Assembly (NCBI RefSeq): GCF_009914755.1
Contig: NC_060943.1
DNA from: the human T2T-CHM13v2.0 reference genome, Homo sapiens
Length of the DNA stretch: 64,000 bases
Strand: one strand, 5' to 3'
The position numbers and the translations under genes are program-made. The number at the start of each line of letters is the position of its first letter. Position 1 is the stretch's first letter. Of the stretch, positions 42,896 through 64,000 are shown one piece after another. The notes beneath the pieces were generated by a model. It had not been told where the DNA came from, made no database searches, and worked only from the letters and a program-made list of their open reading frames with translations.

Positions 42896-43760
42896 GAAGA
42901 AGATGGACCCCCAGGGACATGGAAACTGGTTTGCACCCAGAGCCTTGGATCAGGGCCTGCATTGTGGGGAAGTGACCTTGGTCTGGCTGGTAGGCGGGGG
43001 ATGCAGGTCAGATTATTGACCTGGGCTTTGGTGTCTCATCTGCTAATAAGGGATGCAAAAAGCCCCAACCTCAGAATCTCTGGGAGGCACCAATGGGAGA
43101 ATTCTTGCAAAGGGCTCAGACAGCCCTTCCCTGCATAGCACCCAGCAGAACAAGAGCAAGTATAAGTATTAGCAATGGAATGGTTGCAGTGTGTCTAGCT
43201 AACCTCTCCTGGGCAACACTGCATCATCCAGTGGCCATCCCCTGGGAACTAAGTCAAGCAGCAAACGTCTGGAAACAGGGTCTTTACTTTCCAGAATCAG
43301 ATAATCACAGAATCAGCAACCTCTACTCCATGTATTGAGTGTGGCAGTTAAGAGCTTCGACACTGAAGTCAAGCTTCCTCATTTAAACCCCAATTCCACC
43401 ACTTCCTAGCCGTGTGGCTTGGGGCAAGTCCTCTAGCTTTTCTGAACGTCAGTTTTCTCATCTGTAAAATGGGGAGATTGAGAGTGAATGAAATAATCCC
43501 TGCAAAGCCCTAAGGGCACAGCCTGGCCACACACATGTTATATCTGTGTTCACTATTGTTGTTGTTATTATTATTTTTAGAGATAAGTTTTCGCCCTGTC
43601 ACCCAGGGTGCAGTGCAGTGGCGTGATCATAGCTCACTGCAGCCTCGACCTCCTGGGTTCAAGTGATCCTCCTGTCTCGGCCTCCTGAATAGCTGGGACT
43701 ACAGGCTACTGTTATTACTGATACCTTCATTTGTCCTGTGAAATAGGTACAATGAGCCCC

Positions 43761-44855
<1,095 letters not shown>

Positions 44856-45206
44856 GGCCCCAATTTTCAGATGGGGAAACTGAGGCTCAGAGAGACAACA
44901 GTCTTGCCAGAGGTCAGCAGAGCAGCAGAGGTGAGCAGGAAGGGTGCTCTGCCAGCCTGTCCTCATTTTCCCAGATGTACACTGGGGACAATGACGGCAC
45001 CTACCAAGAAAGATGTGCCTGGAGGATTAAATGAGATAATTTACTCAAGATATTGAGAATAGCACTAGGTACAAATTGTGGATGAATGTTGGTGTTTATC
45101 ATAACTCCCTCGGGTCACTCGGCTGGGCACTGGAGAAGCCCATGACTGTCTGACTGCAGGGTCCAGCTCCTTATTACAGAGCTTTGCTGCTGAACCTACA
45201 ATTTAA

Positions 45207-51255
<6,049 letters not shown>

Positions 51256-51466
51256 TCATAGCAATTCGAGAAAACAAGACCTCAGTCGGCCCCCAAACCT
51301 GCGGAGAGATGGATGGCAAGGTCTTCTCCAGCCCCACAGGGAAAATGGCCAAGAAGCTCAGTATGGAACAAGGTCACCTGGCCATCTGGCCTTTACTCAG
51401 TCCCTCTCCACCCCAGCTGGAGGCAGAGGGAGGGAAGAGAACATTTTAGCACAATACGGTGTGCTG

Positions 51467-51487
51467 GGAGCTGTCCAGGGTGCTGAA
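51467..51487 (-). promoter_or_regulatory. RE1/NRSE (REST binding site)
   Basis: Minus strand TTCAGCACCCTGGACAGCTCC versus consensus TTCAGCACCACGGACAGCGCC: 18/21, with two differences in the 2-nt spacer. Confidence 0.85.
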
Positions 51488-52739
51488 ACCTGTAACCCGC
51501 TAAGCTTCCAACTTCCGCTCCTTGAGTTAGCGCCGAGTAGACCCCAAGGCAAAAACTAGGGTCCAATGGTTAATTTGGGAGGTAATGCAAGGAATTATAA
51601 GTGAGGAATGAGGAAGAGAGAGATTGGTAAAGGGTACACTAGTGAATGGGTTTTATGTGAACAACTAGGATTCAATTTTACTGAGGCACCTCTATGATGC
51701 TGTATAACATATTTCAGTGTTTTCCCACTGAGCAATGGGGAAGCCAGGGTATTTATACACTGACTCCCTAGCTCACTGGTTGAGGGATGCTACCGAGGTT
51801 GTTAAGCATCTGGCTCAGCAAACTCTGTGATGCCAGAGACTGCCCTCCAACAGAGATGTAGAGAGATGGGAGTGTACCAAGAGGAAGCTGCAGGTGAACT
51901 TAGACGTAAGCTAGGTAAATAAGGCATGGAGAATTTGTAGCATCTATCACATGCTCCCCCACAAGAATTTAAGTTTTTTTCCTTCAGTTCACCAACTTTC
52001 GTGTGTGATGCAAACCCTAGGAGCTAGGCACTAGTTTTACTCCCTTTTTCCAGGTGAGAAAACTGAGGTTCAGTGAGTTCAACCCACATTCTCACTGTCA
52101 TAGAGGGAGGAGCTTCCTCTGACTCTGAAGTCCAGGTCTTAACCATGGCGCTAGGCCAATCTCTCATTTCTTGAAATCTCTTCTGCTCCTGTTTTCCCCC
52201 AGCCATAGTGGAACCCAAGATCAGGGAGGGGAAGGAAGGATCACCCTGACTTCCCATGTCAGAGAGCTCTATTCAAATTCTCAAGTTTATTTTCCTTGGC
52301 AAACTTGACCTTAGAGAAATAGCGTAGGATTCAAGAAAATGGGTTCTAGATCCAGATCTGCCTTAGTTCAAATCCTGGGTCCACCACTTATGAGACAGAT
52401 GCTCTGGCTTGAATATTTCAAACCTTCCAAAACTCATGTTGAAATTTGTTTTATTTATTTTATATTATTATTTATTGACACGGGGTCTCACCCTGTCACC
52501 CAGCCTGGAGTGCAATAGTGTGTGTGCATTATAGCTCATGCAGCCTTGATCTTAAACTTTCCAGTCTCCATAACTGTAAGAAATAAATTGCTTTTTCTTT
52601 ATAAATTACTCAGTTTCAGGTGTTCTGCTATAAGCAACAGAAAACAGACTAAGACAGTAAGCATTTAATGTCTTTGAGCCTCAGTTGCTCCATCTGTAAA
52701 TGGGAATAATAATAGTATTTATTTAACCTTGAGAGTTGA

Positions 52740-56293
<3,554 letters not shown>

Positions 56294-56875
56294 CTCATGC
56301 AGAATGTTTTACTTTCCCCTCCCTGTTCCTAGCTTACAACCCAACAGGACACTAAATAGCACCTTGGAATTTGGAGTAATAAAATTTGAGCAATGTGCCT
56401 CATTTGAAGGAGATAGAACCACCAGACAAAAAGGATAACTGACTACCAGAGAAATAAGAGCAAGAAAAGCAAGTGAAAGAAATGCATGGAGAATTCAACA
56501 AGAAAGGAGAAGGGGATGTGAAAGGAACCCAATCTAGAATAGAAGGTCTTCATGATAGGATCAGGATTCCCTGAGAATCTAATAAAAACTACAGACCAGA
56601 AAAAAAAATATACATATACACAATTTTCTTCTTGCATAAAATTTCAGTGGGTTCATTCATCCCAACGATGAGCTCTCACCCTTAGGACCTATCTGTTCTA
56701 GATGAAGTATTTCTCCTCTAGAGGAATGAGTCTAGAATCTCTTCCATCAGATGACAGGAAACTAGAAGAAAGGCCACCTTGTTGTAAGCAGGGAGATACA
56801 AACACAAGTGACAAACTGACCTACTGAATGACTGCCTTCAGTTTAATGATCACTTATTGGGACCCACTAGGTGTC

Positions 56876-57435
56876 TGTATTAGTCAAGGTTCTTCAGAGG
56901 GACAAAACTAACAGGATAGATGTATATATGAAAGGGAGTTTATAAGGAGAATTGACTCACACAATCACAAGGTAAAGTCCCACGATAGCCCATCTGAAGG
57001 ATGAAGAGCAAGGAAGCCAGTGGTGGATCCGTCAGAGTCCTCAAACCTCAAAAGTAGGGAAGCTGACAGTGCAGCCTTCAGTCTGTGGCCAAAGGCCTGA
57101 GAGCTCCTGGCTAACCATTGGTGTAAGTCCATGAGTCCAAAAGCTGAAGAACTTGGAATCTGATTTTAGAGGGCAGGAAGCATTCAGCACAGGACAAAGA
57201 TGAAGGCCAGAAGACTCAGCAAGTCTACTCTTTCCAACTTCTTCTGCCTGCTTTTATTCTGGCCACACTGGCAGCTGATTAGATGGTGCCCACACAGATT
57301 GGGGGTGAGTCTGCCTCTCCTAGTTCACCGGCTCAAATGTTAATCTCCTTTGGCAACACCCTCACAGACACACCCAGGAACAAGACTTTGCATCCTTCAA
57401 GCTGATCAAGTTGATGCTCAATATTAACCATCACA
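56876..57435 (+). mobile_element. MLT2-type (ERVL) solo LTR
   Basis: TGTATTAGTCAAGGTTCTTCAGAGGGAC...GACTCACACAATCACAAGG...ATATTAACCATCACA. Confidence 0.85.
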
Positions 57436-57509
57436 CTGCTCAATAATATATGAGCTTCCCTAAGTGTTCCCATAACCGTGTTATTATGAAAAAAAAAAAA
57501 AAACAGGGC

Positions 57510-57925
57510 TGCAAAAGCCCATCAATGATAGACTGGATAAAGAAAATGTGGTACATATACACCATGGAATACTATGCAGCCAAGAAAAAGAACAAGATCA
57601 TGTCCTTTGCAGGAACACGGACGGAGCTGGAGGCCATTATCCTTAGCAAACTAATGCAGAAACAGAAAACCAAATACTGCGTGTTCTAAGTGGGGGCTAA
57701 ATGATGATAACACATGGACATACAGAGGTGAACAACACGCACTGGGGCCTTTTGGAGGGTGGAGGGCGGGAGGAGGAAGATGATCAAGAAAAATAACTAA
57801 TGGGTACTAGGCTTAATACGTGGGTGATGAAATAACCTGTACAACAAACCCCCAAGACACAAGTTTACCCATGTAATAGATCTGCACTTGTACCCCTAAA
57901 CTTAAAATAAAAGTAAAACAAAAAA
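57510..57925 (+). mobile_element. L1PA/PB-type 3' end
   Basis: GACTGGATAAAGAAAATGTGGTACATATACACCATGGAATACTATGCAGCC..GTACCCCTAAACTTAAAATAAAAG. Confidence 0.9.
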
Positions 57926-58339
57926 AACCACACAGGGATTTTTAAGGCTCCTTCCTGCCAGCAAGGTCAAGCCAGCCTCAGCCAGCAGAAGCCAGCCCCC
58001 AGGGAGCATGAATTGGCACAACCACTTTGCAGAGCAATTTGGCAATACCTAGTGGGGCTGAGGATGCACACAGTATACAACTCAGCAGTTCCACTCCTGG
58101 GTACGTGCCCTAGAGAAACTCACTTGGGAGAAAGCAGGGACACTTTGGGTCAAAATAGCCCAAAGCTGGAAACAATCCAAATAGATAAATACACGGCAGC
58201 ATACTCCTACCACAGAATACTATGCAGTCATGAAAATGGATGCATGGAAACTATTTTTATTAATCAGATTTATCTCATGTTGAACACAAAAGTCAGGTTA
58301 GAGAAATGTGAAGTTTGAAAAACAGTACCACATATCTCT

Positions 58340-61542
<3,203 letters not shown>

Positions 61543-62280
61543 ATTTTGAATTTTCTATGAGTGACAAATAAACTTCTGCCGTGTTTAAGTCATTTCCTAG
61601 CTTTGGATCTTTTGTTATACCAGCAAGTGCTACCTCATACAGGGTGCTTAGAGGAAAGCATATACACATTTCAACCACAGTTCATCATATATGGATCTGA
61701 AAACTCCTTGAAGACAGTAACTGTACCTTATTTAGCTTGCTTTTCTCCTTTGTCATAATCACAATCCCTTGCACCCAGACATTCTCAAAAAACATTCACC
61801 AAGTTGAAATAAAAGCAAGATATCCTCAAGCAAATCAAGAGACCCATGCACGTACAACACTTAAAACCTTGAGTTCTGGAATGCATAATCTTCTGTTCAT
61901 CTCCCAGTTCCATCACTTACTTGCTGGGTGGCCTTAAGCAAGTTACACTCTGAGTTTCTGATTCCTCAGTGGTCAGATGGGAATATTAATATTTCCTAAT
62001 TCAGTGGGTTGTTGCAAGGATTAAATTAGAGAATGGGCATAAAGCACTCTGGAAGCAGCCAACAATAATGAGCTATTATTTTAATTGTAACAGAAAGCAT
62101 CTGCTGTAATATACAGCTGAGACATGGAGGTGGGGTGTTGGCAGAAAGGAGGCAGGCGCATAACAAGGGGAGGGAGAACACAAGGGCTCAGCCTTCCTGA
62201 GCCTGGCCCGGACCACACCAACCAAAAGCCTCGTAATCCTTCAGCTAGTTAAATCCAAAGCGTATAGCACGCGCCACTTA

Positions 62281-62493
<213 letters not shown>

Positions 62494-62689
62494 CTAGAAA
62501 TCAGTACCTATCACCCTCTCACTTCCCCTGACCCTCCTGCACTCACCACCCCTCACTGCCTCTTGCAGAGTTCTCTTGTCCAAAGCCTTTTGCGAGCAAA
62601 GCCAATGCCTAGAGAAGGCACCTTCCTCCTTCATTCCTTTTGGGCCAACCTCACATATCACTCAGCTAAACAGAATTATTTGTTTGCAC

Positions 62690-62875
62690 CTGTCTTATTC
62701 AATACGACAGTCACAGGCCACATGTGGCTATTTCAATTAAAATTAATTTAAATGCAATAAAATAAAAAACACAGTTCTGCAGTCACACTGGCTACATTTC
62801 AAGTGACAATCCTATTGGACAGGGCAGATGGAGATCATTTCTGTGACTGCAGAAAGTTCTAATGGAAAGCATTGG
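62690..62875 (-). mobile_element. MER3
   Basis: GCCACATGTGGCTATTT..GCTACATTTCAAGTG..GCAGAAAGTTCTA, the reverse of MER3. Confidence 0.75.
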
Positions 62876-63363
62876 TTTAGAGAATTTACTTGTCACATGC
62901 AGCGTTCAAGGTATTTGAGGCTAGAGCTTGTGCATTGACCTCACTCCTAAATCTGACCCCTTAGGATGGTTCTCAGCTGGCATGTAGATTGTTAAAGGTT
63001 TGGAATAGGACTTCTGTACTGGCTGATAAGTGGCCAGTATCCTCACCTCCAGTTCCTCTGCAGAACCTCCGGCTGGTTCTGGCTTCCAGCTGCTAATCTA
63101 TCATATTTGAAATTAAGCTACAAGCTCTTCTCCATCAGAGCCCCAATGTGAATGTTTTCCCATCTGTTACAGCAACGTTTCTCGAGCTACAATCATTTTC
63201 ACTCTGCCTGAATGATTTTTTTTTTCCACATTAGCTTGCCACTGGTACTTCTACTTGCTTACCAGTCTTTCAATGGACGCTTTTTATTTAGCTTTATTTT
63301 AAGTGAAAATGCAAAGATCTAGAAATCATAGGTTTGCTAGGCTAGTTATAGTTTTTAGAAGAC

Positions 63364-64000
<637 letters not shown>

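Overview
Primate, very likely human, genomic DNA from inside CACNA1A (Cav2.1 P/Q-type calcium channel alpha-1A), transcribed on the minus strand. Only one coding exon is supported: 62421-62282, 140 nt, with canonical AG/GT ends, encoding [47 protein letters not shown] (domain I S2-S3; exon 3 by my recollection of the gene model). Positions 1-62281 are the long downstream intron and 62422-64000 the upstream intron. The intron is very repeat-dense: roughly 70 Alu copies or fragments by eye, plus L1, L2, MIR, ERV1/MaLR/ERVL solo LTRs, MER3, MER20, Tigger3a, MADE1 and microsatellites. All other ORFs in the track look like repeat-derived or chance frames. I see no new multi-gene system. The best leads are regulatory and structural: a near-consensus REST/RE1 silencer (51467-51487); three RFX X-box-like motifs at an exact 36-bp period (18429-18514); a promoter-like ZNF143/ETS/E-box/STAT/NF-Y cluster (about 6070-6520); tandem CTCF-like motifs preceded by interlocking palindromes (26365-26545); candidate TDP-43-repressed poison exons; and a tandem Alu pair sharing a private micro-inversion. 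Repeat subfamily names are from memory of consensus sequences, and boundaries are approximate unless TSDs are given.
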